DNA of 64,000 bases. It comes from an uncultured cyanobacterium. GTDB lineage: Bacteria > Cyanobacteriota > Cyanobacteriia > Cyanobacteriales > Nostocaceae. Each line of letters opens with the position of its first letter. Within the stretch, counting starts at the first letter, position 1. The position numbers and the translations under genes are program-made. Under the pieces are notes generated by a model that saw nothing but the letters and a program-made list of their open reading frames with translations, was not told the DNA's origin and did not search any database. The DNA is taken from contig CAVXZH010000005.1 of the NCBI GenBank assembly GCA_963766435.1, forward strand, positions 265,610 through 329,609, in the 5' to 3' direction. This document shows, in pieces, positions 1-13,000 of the stretch.

Positions 1-181
1 AAGCACCACCAATTGCACCAACTAACGCGGCTTCTCCTACACCTGCCATCAGGTTTTTACCATCAATAATGTTGTTACCCATCTGGATAACTGCACCAGA
101 GGCTGCACCGACTATCGCACCGCCCACAATGGCTCCAATCGCTCCCGCAGCCGCAGTACTAGCACCTAGCGCACCTGCCAT
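1..181 (-). CDS. Gly/Ala-rich glycine-zipper-like membrane protein, N-terminal part only; continues off the window
   Basis: Reverse-strand ATG at 181-179 gives MAGALGASTAAAGAIGAIVGGAIVGAASGAV...; open to the window edge; overlaps the end of the 159-917 ORF. Confidence 0.3.
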   Translation of the reverse strand, partial: MAGALGASTAAAGAIGAIVGGAIVGAASGAVIQMGNNIIDGKNLMAGVGEAALVGAIGGA

Positions 182-917
182 TGCCCCTACTGCACCTATC
201 ACTGCTTGAGCCTGCTACTAGTGCTACTACCACCACTACAGCCACTACTAACAGAATCTTTAAGACGCCCTTCCATCGTGGTTGTTCTTGTCCGGCGGCA
301 TCTTCGGCATATTTACCAATGTCCGCATTCATCTTGGTCAGCGCACCCCTTAAGCCTGTTTCTAATTGGGTGGCGCTGTTACCCATTCCCTGTTCTAAAT
401 TTTGATTAGTTTGGTTAAAGGTGGTTTCGATGCCTTGGGTAACTTGTGCAAAACCAGTAATTGCTGTTTGTGTTGTGGATTGAATTGTACTGGTGTGACC
501 TTGCTGTAATTGACTAAATGTATCAGTGGCACTTTGATTGAGTTGTTGTAAGCTGGTGGTTAATCCTGTCGCCATCGTCTGAGCTTCTTGTTTCCCAGAT
601 TCGCTGATAGTGGTTAAAGAGGTTAATGCTTGTTGTCCTGCTTGAATTAATCCTTGTGCTGCTGTCCCAAGATGAGTTTCTAATTGAGTTTGAACTTGAG
701 CGATTGCCTGATCAATTTGTCCTCCAGCTTGGGCTAAAGAAGTTCCCAAAGCTACAGGATCTGGTGCGGCGATACCTTGCGACTGAGTTTGAAAATTTTG
801 TAAAGCTTCATGTAAACTAGTTGCGGCTTGATTAACCCCTTGTTGTAGTGCTGTAATTACTTGATGACCATTACCTTCAATTGCAGATACTTGTTGTTGA
901 CTATATTCTGTCAACAT
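159..917 (-). CDS. Q/T/A-rich alpha-helical repeat protein with a C-terminal hydrophobic anchor; the frame stays open upstream to ~1256, so it may be a longer protein or continuous with 1252-3129 through a frameshift (tape-measure-like?)
   Basis: Six-frame ORF; I checked that the minus frame is stop-free over 918-1256 and its translation continues in the same Q-rich coiled-coil style. Confidence 0.4.
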   Translation of the reverse strand: MLTEYSQQQVSAIEGNGHQVITALQQGVNQAATSLHEALQNFQTQSQGIAAPDPVALGTSLAQAGGQIDQAIAQVQTQLETHLGTAAQGLIQAGQQALTSLTTISESGKQEAQTMATGLTTSLQQLNQSATDTFSQLQQGHTSTIQSTTQTAITGFAQVTQGIETTFNQTNQNLEQGMGNSATQLETGLRGALTKMNADIGKYAEDAAGQEQPRWKGVLKILLVVAVVVVVALVAGSSSDRCSRGNGRCARC

Positions 918-1251
918 TTGCAGTTGAGACTGTTCTTTTTGCTGTAAAGATTGTAAGTTAGCCTCTAACGTTTGATTAACTGCCTGACTTAAGCTGGTTT
1001 GTGTTTGTTGTATTTGTGAAATCGCTTGTTGTTCAGATGCAGTTAAACTGTCTAAATTACTTTGATGCTGAGTTTGTAAAGTTTCACGGGATTTAGCAGC
1101 TATTTGTCGGGTTGCATCTATATCTTTAGCTTTACCTTCTTGGGCTTTTTGACCCTGTTTATTAGCTTCTTCAATTAAACCTTGTTGATATTGTTTTCCT
1201 ACTTCTCGTGCTGCTTTGGCTCTAGCCTTATTTTTGTTATCAGTTAAAGGT

Positions 1252-3129
1252 TCAATCTAATAGACTGTCATCTTTCCCTGTGATTTGCGATTCATATCCT
1301 GTAGCACTTTTATTCGCAACTGCAATCGCCTCATTACCCACTTTTTCCCCAGCAGCTTGATACTTCGGTAAAGCTTGTTGATACAATTCCTCAATCTTAG
1401 CAATTTGACCAGTTTCTTTTTCAGCTAATCCAGCATTAGCCTTGGTAAATTCCGCTTCTAACTTAGTTTTCGCTGTAGCTGTACTTTGAGAAATTCCTGC
1501 TAAAGCTGTTTGTTGTTGGGTTTGAATTTGAGCTAAAGCGGTTTGAGCTTCTGCTTGAGCTTGAGCACGTAACTGAGTAATGTGAGCCGTTACTGCGGCT
1601 TTTTGTGGTTCTACTGCTGCTAAAACATTGGCTTTAGCACTTTCCGTAGTAGCTAAAATTCTAGCTGGGATATTTTCTCCCAAACCCGTAATTGTTTGTA
1701 CCTTCAGAGCTGCTGAACCTAAAAAAGCACTAGCTTGATTACTAGCAGCAGCTCGTTGTTGTTCTAAGAAAGCTAACTGATTACTTCCTGGTTCGCTTTT
1801 GCGAGAAATTACTGTACTTGCTTGATCTGTTTCCGGGTCTGGTGTACCAAAACTAACTCCGGCTGATGCTAGTTGGGCTACTTGGGTATTAGTAGCTGCT
1901 AGTTCCGACTGTCCTATTTGCGCCTCATTTTTAGATTTTTCTGCGGCTGTTGTTGTATCCTGAGTGGTAGGGTCATTACCTTCTGACTGGCTTTGACTAA
2001 CTTCTTGATTTTGGGTAACAGCTTGTTTTAAAACTTGAGCTTCTGGAACTTGAGTTAATGGTTGATCTGGTGTCTGATTTGCTGTTTTTCCCACCTGTGC
2101 TTTTTGATCAGACGCAGCAGCTTCTGATGGTAACTTGATTTTTTCAGTCAGAGCTTGTTCTTGCGTCTTCTCAGCAATAGGACTGGTTTTGGCAGTATTT
2201 TCTGGTGCTGCGGTATCTTGAGTTTTTGACTGTTGTGGTTGATCAGAAATCTCTACTGATGGATCTGCGGCTGATTTTTCGTTTTTTTCAGACTTTTTAG
2301 AATTTTTTGTGGTTTCGTGGCTTTCTGTTTTTGTTTCTACACTTACGACCGATGATGTTGTTTGTTCTACTTGTTCTTTAGGAATTTCAGTATTTTCTGA
2401 ATTGGGATGATCACTTTCTGTGATTTGTCGAAAGGATTGAATAAGTGGATTAACAGATGTATTTATAGGTTTGACCTGATTCTGTCTTTTTTGTAAGTCT
2501 ATTTGGTGTTGAATAAGTGGATTAACAGATGTATTTATAGGTTTGACCTGATTCTGTCTTTTTTGTAAATCTATTTGGTGTTGAATTAATGGACTGACAT
2601 TGTAGGCTAAAGGTTTTTTCTGAATTGATGCTTCTGATTTCTCATGATCATCGTCTGTTGATGTTGGCATGGACATCACTTTAGATGGCATATTATCTGC
2701 TTCTTGCTCGTATTTATCCCCTGATGTACCAATACTGAGTTTTGTTTGTAAGTGTGTTTTCTCTTCTGCGTCTTGTTTCTGCTCACATTCTGAACAAAGC
2801 CTTTGGATCACACCTGTTGAGGATACATCCAGGTTTTCATGAATAGGTTTTTCTGATTCTCCCTGTCCTGAAAGTGCTAAAATATCCTCCTGTGATGTGT
2901 TCTCTTCCTTCTCTGATTCTTCTGAGCATCCTTCTGATTTGGTCTGAACAACATTCGATGTATCTGAAGTATTCGGTGTTTGGGGAAAATAAGTCTGAGG
3001 CGCTGGGACTAAATTTGACTCTAACTCTTTTGGCAAGTTAAAGGGACGGGAAGTAAATTTACTTTCTTTGGCTGGTTGATAACTGGGCATTTTAAACGAA
3101 TTACTCTTTTTTACACTTTCGTAAACCAT
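1252..3129 (-). CDS. Large low-complexity S/T/E/Q-rich protein with a coiled-coil C-terminus and internal 24-aa tandem repeats
   Basis: 625-aa ORF; C-terminal AQAQAEAQTALAQIQTQQQ heptad-like region; repeat PLIQHQIDLQKRQNQVKPINTSVN x2. Confidence 0.45.
   Translation of the reverse strand: MVYESVKKSNSFKMPSYQPAKESKFTSRPFNLPKELESNLVPAPQTYFPQTPNTSDTSNVVQTKSEGCSEESEKEENTSQEDILALSGQGESEKPIHENLDVSSTGVIQRLCSECEQKQDAEEKTHLQTKLSIGTSGDKYEQEADNMPSKVMSMPTSTDDDHEKSEASIQKKPLAYNVSPLIQHQIDLQKRQNQVKPINTSVNPLIQHQIDLQKRQNQVKPINTSVNPLIQSFRQITESDHPNSENTEIPKEQVEQTTSSVVSVETKTESHETTKNSKKSEKNEKSAADPSVEISDQPQQSKTQDTAAPENTAKTSPIAEKTQEQALTEKIKLPSEAAASDQKAQVGKTANQTPDQPLTQVPEAQVLKQAVTQNQEVSQSQSEGNDPTTQDTTTAAEKSKNEAQIGQSELAATNTQVAQLASAGVSFGTPDPETDQASTVISRKSEPGSNQLAFLEQQRAAASNQASAFLGSAALKVQTITGLGENIPARILATTESAKANVLAAVEPQKAAVTAHITQLRAQAQAEAQTALAQIQTQQQTALAGISQSTATAKTKLEAEFTKANAGLAEKETGQIAKIEELYQQALPKYQAAGEKVGNEAIAVANKSATGYESQITGKDDSLLD
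2437..2600. repeat. 72-bp tandem repeat (2 full + 1 partial unit) inside the CDS
   Basis: ttgaataagtggattaacagatgtatttataggtttgacctgattctgtctttt... repeated at 2437 and 2509, partial at 2581. Confidence 0.8.
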
Positions 3130-3326
3130 GTCCCCGCCTCACTTTAATCTATCAGGTTAAAGATTTTTTGTATACTTTTAGCTAACTTTTCCTACTATAC
3201 ATACTTTAATAAAGTGCTACAATGATATGTAGCAAGCAACTTATTACACCAAATATAAATACTTTAACTTCGTGTATAAACTATTTTAAATAAGCAATAA
3301 TATAAGTATAAGCTGAGAAATACTCA

Positions 3327-3929
3327 TCACCCATTTTGTACCATCCAAACTAACATACTTAAAACTTGCTCTACTGGTGGGAGCGGATAATCAAGTAAAT
3401 CAATAGTCACAATATCACCCTCTAACTTCAAAAAACGCCATTGTGTACCACTGCTAATCGAGCCATAAACAGCCGAAACCGCACGATTTTTGGCAGCATT
3501 AAATCTTTGTGCTGCTACCATCTCTGCAATACATTGCCCAAATCCAGTTCTTAAATCTGCTTTTTTAGCTTCTACAATCACAACTACAGGTGCTTCAATT
3601 TCTAAAACTTCAGGAGAACGACTTAAAACAAAATCGCAGATTCCGTTTAACCCTACAGATTCGTCAACTGTAAAATCTTCACCAGAAAATAAACTAATTT
3701 GCCGATTTAGTATTTTTCTAACTTCTAATAAAACAGGGTAAATGATTCCTTCGGAACGGGCTTTTTCACTAGCTGAAGCAGTTATAGACAGGCTTTCATC
3801 AAGATATGATTTTAATGTAGTAGATGCTTCAATGGGTTCAAGAATCGGGATGAATCGTCCATTTTCTTTGGTTTTTAAGCCGAAAGCTTCTTTAACTTTA
3901 CCAATGCTTGTAAATTGACTATAAGACAT
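3327..3929 (-). CDS. PD-(D/E)xK nuclease-fold protein (HsdR-N-like); paralog of 30283-30912
   Basis: Motif ...GICDFVL...EVLEIEAPVVVIVEAKKA (D...E.K); shared motif pattern with VMIIESKKA protein at 30283. Confidence 0.5.
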   Translation of the reverse strand: MSYSQFTSIGKVKEAFGLKTKENGRFIPILEPIEASTTLKSYLDESLSITASASEKARSEGIIYPVLLEVRKILNRQISLFSGEDFTVDESVGLNGICDFVLSRSPEVLEIEAPVVVIVEAKKADLRTGFGQCIAEMVAAQRFNAAKNRAVSAVYGSISSGTQWRFLKLEGDIVTIDLLDYPLPPVEQVLSMLVWMVQNG

Positions 3930-4009
3930 AATTTATAACTTTTAAGAATTTAGAAACTGAGATGGGAATTGAGCAGGCTAGAAGCCTACTCCACAAGTTC
4001 TATTTTAAC

Positions 4010-6015
<2,006 letters not shown>

Positions 6016-6163
6016 TAAAACTATGAAGGATGAAGTCTGAAAAATTAATATTTTTCACTTCATACTTCCTTCCCTCTATCCCCCAGGGGAACTAGAGTCC
6101 CCAACGCTACAGGGGACATCCCCTTTCCCTATCCCTATTCCGTATGAGCAAGAGAGGCCGGAA

Positions 6164-7100
6164 ATGACTCCTCCAGACAACAAAAACATCATCGAAGAAA
6201 GAAAAGAACTAGTTAAAGAAGTTCTTAAAGCTTATCCTGAAAAAGCTGCTAAAAAGCGGGAAAAGCACCTCAATGTATATGAAGAAGGTAAGGCTGATTG
6301 CGGTGTTAAATCTAACATCAAGTCTCTTCCTGGTGTAATGACCGCTCGTGGTTGTGCTTACGCTGGTTCTAAAGGTGTGGTTTGGGGTCCTATTAAGGAC
6401 ATGATCCACATCAGCCACGGTCCCGTAGGTTGCGGTTACTGGTCTTGGTCAGGTCGTCGTAACTACTACATTGGTACTACTGGTATTGATACCTTTGGTA
6501 CTATGCACTTCACCTCTGACTTCCAAGAACGTGACATCGTTTTTGGTGGTGACAAAAAGCTGTTGAAATTAATTGAAGAATTAGAAATTCTTTTCCCTCT
6601 CAACCGTGGTATTTCCATTCAATCTGAATGTCCCATTGGTCTAATTGGGGATGACATCGAAGCAGTAGCTAGAAAAGCGGCTAAAGAAATTGGTAAGCCA
6701 GTTGTTCCTGTCCGTTGCGAAGGTTTCCGTGGTGTTTCCCAATCTTTAGGACACCACATCGCTAACGACATGGTACGCGACTGGGTATTCACCAGAGCAG
6801 ACCAAGCTAAGAAAGACGGTACAGCTTCCAAGTTTGAAGGTACTCCTTATGACGTAGCCATCATTGGTGACTACAACATCGGTGGAGATGCTTGGGCTAG
6901 CCGTATTCTCTTAGAAGAAATCGGCTTGCGCGTAGTCGCTCAATGGTCTGGAGATGGCACCATCAATGAGATGTTGCAAACTCCTAATGTGAAAATGAAC
7001 CTCATCCACTGTTACCGCTCGATGAACTACATCAGCCGTCACATGGAAGAGGCTTATGGTATACCCTGTCTTGAATATGATTTAATAGGCGATGTTACCA
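6164..7100 (+). CDS. nifD: nifD segment 1 (MoFe protein alpha, residues 1-~312)
   Basis: MTPPDNKN...CGVKSNIKS...[21 protein letters not shown]... canonical NifD; diverges after ...[17 protein letters not shown]. Confidence 0.9.
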
Positions 7101-7176
7101 GGATTTAGTCCACGCCTGACTTTGTTCAGTTTGAGCCTTGTTCTAAATGGACTAAATTTTAAGCCAGATTTAAGCC

Positions 7177-8586
7177 ATGATAGAAAGCCAGTATCAGGAC
7201 GTTTTTGATGACTTTATGCCACCAGCATCTACGGATGGCAGTTATTTAGGAACTCAAGCACAAATGAACGCTACACGTCAGCACCTGGAAAAGAAATTTG
7301 ATCAGGAGTTAATAGAAGTTAAAGCCAGGCTGAAAGCAGCCAAAATTAAAGTCGGTTTAATCTTGGCAGGTGGAGCTATTCAGCTACAAGCTTCGCTACC
7401 AATCAAGCCGGGTGATGTTGATACAAAAGGGACTGGGTTTAAGCAATACAAAATCTCTCTCAACATTCCTGCTAATTTAGATGGACTAAAAACGGCTGAA
7501 GAGGAAGCACACGAACTAGGAAAGCTAATAGCCCGTAAACAATTTGAATGGAATGATAAATATTCAGGTAAAATCACCAAACCAGAAAATAAACCTAAAA
7601 CCGTGGGTGAGATACTAGAAGATTTTGAATCTGAATACTTTAAACATCACAAAGTGACAGAAAAGAGTAAACACACCTTCTCTTATTACAAAGGCTTCCT
7701 GATTAGGTTGATTGGTGTTGATACCTACCTAACGCAAGTATGTATAGATGCAAAAATTGCAGAGATGTCCGAATGGTCTAAATATCATGCTGTAAAAACC
7801 CTAAAAGTCTTAAAAGGGACTCTCAAATTGACTAGCTTTAGTTTAGAGGGAATTAAAAGTACACAGCCAGAGTCAAAGATTCGTGATATTCCAAGTGATG
7901 ACGAAGTAATTAAATGCTTTCAATTATTTCATCAATATTCATTGAGTAGAAGATTGACAATCAAAAAGAACTTATTGGATACCTGGAAAATGTGGGAATG
8001 GGTATATGGAATGCTTGCCACCTATGGATTACGTCCAAGAGAGTTATTTGTAAATCCACAAATTGACTGGTGGTTGAATTCTGAAAATAAAGATAATACC
8101 TGGAAAGTTCACCCAGACACAAAAACAGGATACAGAGAGGCTTTACCTCTATATCCTGGCTGGGTAGAATTATTTAATTTAAAAGATAATCAGGAAGCAT
8201 TAGAGCTATTGAAAGCTCAAACTGATGGTAGAACCGCTTTTGCAGATATCAATACCATTAGAGTAAATTGTTCTTCATGGTTTAGACGTGTAAGTGTTCC
8301 CTTTACCCCCTACGATTTACGCCATGCTTGGGCAATTAGAGCGCATTTAATGGGAATTCCTATTAAAGCGGCGGCTGATAATTTAGGACACTCTGTTGAG
8401 ATTCATACTGAGGTTTACCAGAAGTGGTTTAGCTTGGAAAACCGAAAAAAAGCGATTAAGCAAGCAGTAGATAAACGAGATGACGTGGATATCTTGAAGC
8501 TGGAAAACTCCCAGCTAGAAGCTGAGGTTGAACGACTTAGGACGGCATTGGCTAGACAGCAGATTGAGTCATTGTTAAATAAATAA
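7177..8586 (+). CDS. XisA-family recombinase of nifD element 1
   Basis: 469 aa; same conserved motifs as 4010 and 53053 proteins; 70 bp inside the left border. Confidence 0.8.
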   Translation: MIESQYQDVFDDFMPPASTDGSYLGTQAQMNATRQHLEKKFDQELIEVKARLKAAKIKVGLILAGGAIQLQASLPIKPGDVDTKGTGFKQYKISLNIPANLDGLKTAEEEAHELGKLIARKQFEWNDKYSGKITKPENKPKTVGEILEDFESEYFKHHKVTEKSKHTFSYYKGFLIRLIGVDTYLTQVCIDAKIAEMSEWSKYHAVKTLKVLKGTLKLTSFSLEGIKSTQPESKIRDIPSDDEVIKCFQLFHQYSLSRRLTIKKNLLDTWKMWEWVYGMLATYGLRPRELFVNPQIDWWLNSENKDNTWKVHPDTKTGYREALPLYPGWVELFNLKDNQEALELLKAQTDGRTAFADINTIRVNCSSWFRRVSVPFTPYDLRHAWAIRAHLMGIPIKAAADNLGHSVEIHTEVYQKWFSLENRKKAIKQAVDKRDDVDILKLENSQLEAEVERLRTALARQQIESLLNK

Positions 8587-8660
8587 ATCCACTACCGCTA
8601 TCGTGATTCCGGTGTCACGATAGCGGTAATTATTTTGTTCTACTATCCCACTAGTTGAGA

Positions 8661-9122
8661 TTAATTAACTTTTATTTTCTGAACAGCATCCCATTGACGC
8701 TCTTTGGCTTCTTGCATTTCTGCCACCATTTGCTCTATTCTTGCGACTGCTTCTTGCCTATGACCAGGGATTCTAGATGATATAAACTCCGCAAAATAAG
8801 ACGCGCTGCGTGGGTAATATCTATTGTTCCAATCAGCAATAATCTCGATTCTTTGCTCCAATGGAACTGACCGCAGCCAACGCCGCGCTCGTTTCCAGGT
8901 TGCCGCTTCACACTGCCTCCATAAATGAATTTGTTGTTCTCTCCCCGATTGGAAAGCATCTACCCGCTCTTGTGCAGTTGGCTGGGATTCTTTAATCCAG
9001 TCAGCCAACAAGGGGAATTTTTCTTGCTGTTTGATTAGCGTCCGTTCAGATGCTTTGAGCCGTCGTGAGGTCACAGGGCGTGGCGCCCTGGAAGGGGATT
9101 TAGTAAATTTTATTCCAAACAT
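8661..9122 (-). CDS. hypothetical protein (Arg/Trp-rich)
   Basis: 153-aa ORF; no recognisable motif. Confidence 0.35.
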   Translation of the reverse strand: MFGIKFTKSPSRAPRPVTSRRLKASERTLIKQQEKFPLLADWIKESQPTAQERVDAFQSGREQQIHLWRQCEAATWKRARRWLRSVPLEQRIEIIADWNNRYYPRSASYFAEFISSRIPGHRQEAVARIEQMVAEMQEAKERQWDAVQKIKVN

Positions 9123-9128
9123 AAAATC

Positions 9129-10057
9129 CTACTGGGGGACAACTTTCTCAAAATCATCGGTACTGGCAACGCGAATTATTTCACCCTGGGGAGCTTCAAA
9201 TAGAAACATAGTTTGAGTATTTGAGGGGATGTCTTTCAGTTTGCAGTCGTACACCCATTCATAGGACGCGTCCTCATTAATCGGACTATTCGCCAAAACC
9301 CTCACGTTGCATATCGCTCCATCAGCGAGAATTTTTTTCCACTTTTTGTACTGCTTGAATTCCCAGGTAATAATCATTTCTCTAACTATTTTTTTAATGC
9401 TAGTTGGAGAAGTATCTAATAGTTTCTTTGTTGCCACCCCCTGGTTGTTATCTGGGAAATTCAACAAGAGATGCACCTTAAATCCACCTGCCTTGATTCG
9501 CTGATACAGCGTCGCCGTTACTGCTACATTTCCGTAGCTGGTGGGCAAATCCAAAACCAATGGCTTGAATCCCATTGTTTTGCAATAATCATCTAATGGT
9601 GGTGGAGAAAGTTTAATATCTGGTTCACCCTTGGTTTCAGGAGCAAATTCTTTATTAAAGGAACCATAGGGCGCAAAAATTTCCCGGAATTTATCAGGAT
9701 TATTCCCCCAATAAATAAAGCAGTGAGATTGTCTGGCTGGAGATTGTGGTTGATAGTTGGTATCGAGAAACTTAATTCTCCCCTTCCAGAAACAAATTAA
9801 GTTACTGGAGATTAGGGGGTGCAGCCAATTCGTATCCGTGGATGCTGGAACAAGGAGATCGCTTCCGTAACATGAGCAGCTTGTATCTCACTCTGTAATT
9901 TATCTATCCATTTGGAGGGACAGGAATAGGGCGGGTTCATGAATACTCGACCACTCCAAACTTGACTCAAGCCGTCATCAGCTGCGGTGAAGTGGTGGCA
10001 GGACTCAATGTGTTTGCCTTCATCAGCACAAGGGTCAAGAGTTATGCCTCCCAGCAT
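9129..10057 (-). CDS. Phage Dam-type N6-adenine DNA methyltransferase (pfam05869-like), with a 1-nt frameshift near 9858
   Basis: Frame A: DPCADEG...VFMNPPYS...; frame B continues ...LLVPASTDTNWLHPLISS...FWKGRIKF... and runs without stops into the 9129-9575 ORF; the two halves join by restoring one C in a CC(C) run. Confidence 0.55.
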
Positions 10058-13000
10058 TTGGCTGACGAGATTGGCGATATTGTCCGGTGTGTACCAGCAA
10101 TCTGATTTTTTGACAGTAACAGCTTTTTCTTCGGTGGCGTTTTCTCCAGCGGGGGGGATTTCTGGTAAAACTTCAGATTCTGGTAAAACTTCAGATTCTG
10201 GTAAAACTGGCTCAAATCCCCACGAATTAAATTTTCAGCCTCTAAGATTGCGTGACTAATTAGATTTTTTTCCTCTAATTCCCAGTTTCCCCACACCACA
10301 TCGTGTCCGGGGAGCAGAATTTTTACCGTACAAAGCACCTTGGAACCGTTGCGCTGTCCGGCTTTTACCTCAATTTGCACTTGCCCAAATTTAGAGGGAA
10401 TCTCAAAACCAAAATTATTTTCCGTTGAAAAATGATCAACATGATCAACATTTGTCTGTAACCCTTGATGGACAAGCGTTTGAGGGTGTTGATCAGTGAT
10501 CAACAAATGATCAACATGATCAACATTTATTTTTTCAAATTCAGAAAATTCAAATTTTGAATTTTTAAATTCACTTTCAGAAAATGTTGATCGCTGTTGA
10601 TCAATGTTGATCACATGATCAACGCACTCAACGCCATGCCCTGTATGGTTTTGCGGCTCTGTGTTGATCATGTTGATCATTTTTGCAGGAAAGAATTTAT
10701 TTCCCTCTTTAGTTATCGCTCCTTTTTCAACCAGAGTGTGGCAGTTGGCGGTTATTTCAGTGGTGGGGGTAGACCCGAAAGCCCGTCGCTGTAATTGTTT
10801 GATGTCTCTAGCGGTCACACCCTCTGGATGTTTTTCAACGAAATTTTTGATTTTTAAGAAGTCACCCGTAATACCAGCGTCGTTAGTTTTGTACAAAACT
10901 TGCAGCTGAGAAGCGAAAAAATCTATCATCCCACAAGCTACGGTCACAGCTTGGATGTCAATCATCTGGGATGGTGTCTCTCCAGCCAGGACAGCATTAA
11001 TAATGTGTACCCAAAGTGCAAGCCTAGCTAGATATCCCTGTAATTTGGGGTAAGCGACTGCGAGGGTTCGGTGTATGTCCTTGAGTCGTTCCCCCTCATT
11101 AACCAAGAAATTGTAGTGAGTCATAAATATCTTTTTGGCTTCATTGCCTAAGAAATAGTCTCTCGGTGGTAAACACCCGATGTTGTGATAAAGGCTTCTC
11201 AATCTTTTTTCTAATTTCTGTCCCGTGCCGTCATCCTCTTGGAATAGGTCAATATATCCGGGCGTTCCAGGCACTAAACAAAGTAGCCACCTCGCGTACT
11301 CACCTTGTGGGTCTTCAAAATTTTGCCGTGCTAATAAATTAGTGATTGTTTCTGGCTGAGTCGCTCCAGTCCTGGAGATGGCAGAACGATTAAGGAATAA
11401 TCTTTCGGTGGCCGTATCCTTCATGATGGCGTGACCATTGAATTCCGATAACTCAATTTCCAGATCGTTGCCCTTGCCACCGCGATACATGTTTCGACTG
11501 TTTACAAAACCAGACCACTCATCCATGTAGGCTAAGATCCCTCTCGGATTTTCGTGGTGTATTTTTATCCGGGTTTCCGTGGTACATCCCTGAATTACAA
11601 ATCTAGCTCTTGGGGGTGGTTCTTGGGGTGGTTCCTCTCCACTGGTTTTTTTGTAATTGCGAATATCCTCTTTATATCGCTTGTCAAGAGGTTCCCACTT
11701 TTCATATTCCTCTAGTTCCAGTGCAAAAAGTGGCTTGAGGATAACTGTTTGAGCCGGGGTTTTCTTCTCTCCAGTTGGGGCAATCACGCAACTCCAAAAC
11801 ACAGCAGGCTGCGTGTGATTGCCTACGGTATTGACTATGATTTTGGCAGAGGTTCCGATTCTTGAGCCAGCAGCAGGAATCAAAGTAGTGATAAGTCGCT
11901 CCACTGGAGTAGGCATTGAATCAGCGCTGATAGTAAGCAGTTTCGCTAATTCCCCGCCATCTCCATAAAGGATTTCAAATGGATTCAAACGTGCTTGCTG
12001 CGCCTGCATTATTGATGGGATAGTCTTCCCGATCTCTTGGCGTTCTTCTGTATCACGGCGCTCTTTGACTCGTGCTTCGTAAAGTTTGCGAATGTCAGCC
12101 GTTGAATAAGTATCGCTTTTTAGTTCTGGTAGAAATAGCTCAACTTCTGATTTAGGTAAATCTTTGTCTATTAGGGAGTCGAGAATTTTGATTAGAGCCT
12201 GTTTGTGGTCAAGCAATTCGTTTGGTATGATTACCTGTTCTTTGTTCCCTGTTCTTTGTTCCCCCATAATTGGCTCACTACTTTGTTGTCGCTGCCAATG
12301 CTTGATGCAATTTTCTAAAGCATCATCAGTGAGGGTGGCAGTGGGGTTATCTTTTTCTGCTGATTTCCAAATTGCATTAGCTTCTCGGTCGTCGAGAGGT
12401 GGAGAGCAACGATGACAGAAATCATCAAACAGTGTTCTAGGATTGCCGTCAAATCTATGTCCAAGATGAGTCAACCTGATGGCAGTACCAATCAAATTAC
12501 GAGCTAATTTAGCCCCGGCACTATTTCTACCACCCTGGCTTAATCCACTATCAATTAAAGCTCTATCATCTTTAGAAAGGCATCGGTAGAGCGGTACATC
12601 TCCAGTTGGTAAAGGGATAGATGGGGGCGGTAATTGTTGTTTTTTTGGTTGAGGAATTATGGCTCTGAGTTCCTCAAAATTATATTTCTTGCCAGAGTTG
12701 AGGATGATTCTGGAAAGATTGCTGCCAGCACTTGAGAAATGGTAGCAACCAGCCAGCCTCATCACTCTAGATGGGTTCTTTAGGCTTCTATCAGCATCGG
12801 CATATTCTAATAAGTCGGTTTGTAATGCCTTCCAAGAATCAGGGCTAATTCTATCGGTTACCCAATAACTATGAATAGATTTACCACCTGTATCCACTTG
12901 TAGCGTTGGCTCAGGTAGACCGAGGGATTGCCATAAATTTATCTGTAGTTCTTTGTCCAGGTTGTCATGTTCATAAAAGATAGCTCGGCATTCTGTCACA

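Noticed and set aside
2437-2600. Possible CRISPR-like repeats; also considered 41747-41830 and 10431-10690
   Set aside because: These are tandem repeats without unique spacers, lie inside coding sequence and have no cas genes. They are protein-coding repeats or iterons, not CRISPR.
6209-6831. Short antisense ORFs inside nifD; similar ones at 55690-55974 (nifK), 57456-58218 (nifE) and 58685-59128 (nifN)
   Set aside because: They are embedded antisense in highly conserved genes with no features, typical shadow ORFs.
10042-10700. Treating the primase ORF C-terminus as certainly coding
   Set aside because: The ORF is open through the iterons, but the low-complexity VDHVDH translation could be fortuitous. 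The true stop may lie further upstream on the minus strand, so the gene limits were kept with reduced confidence.
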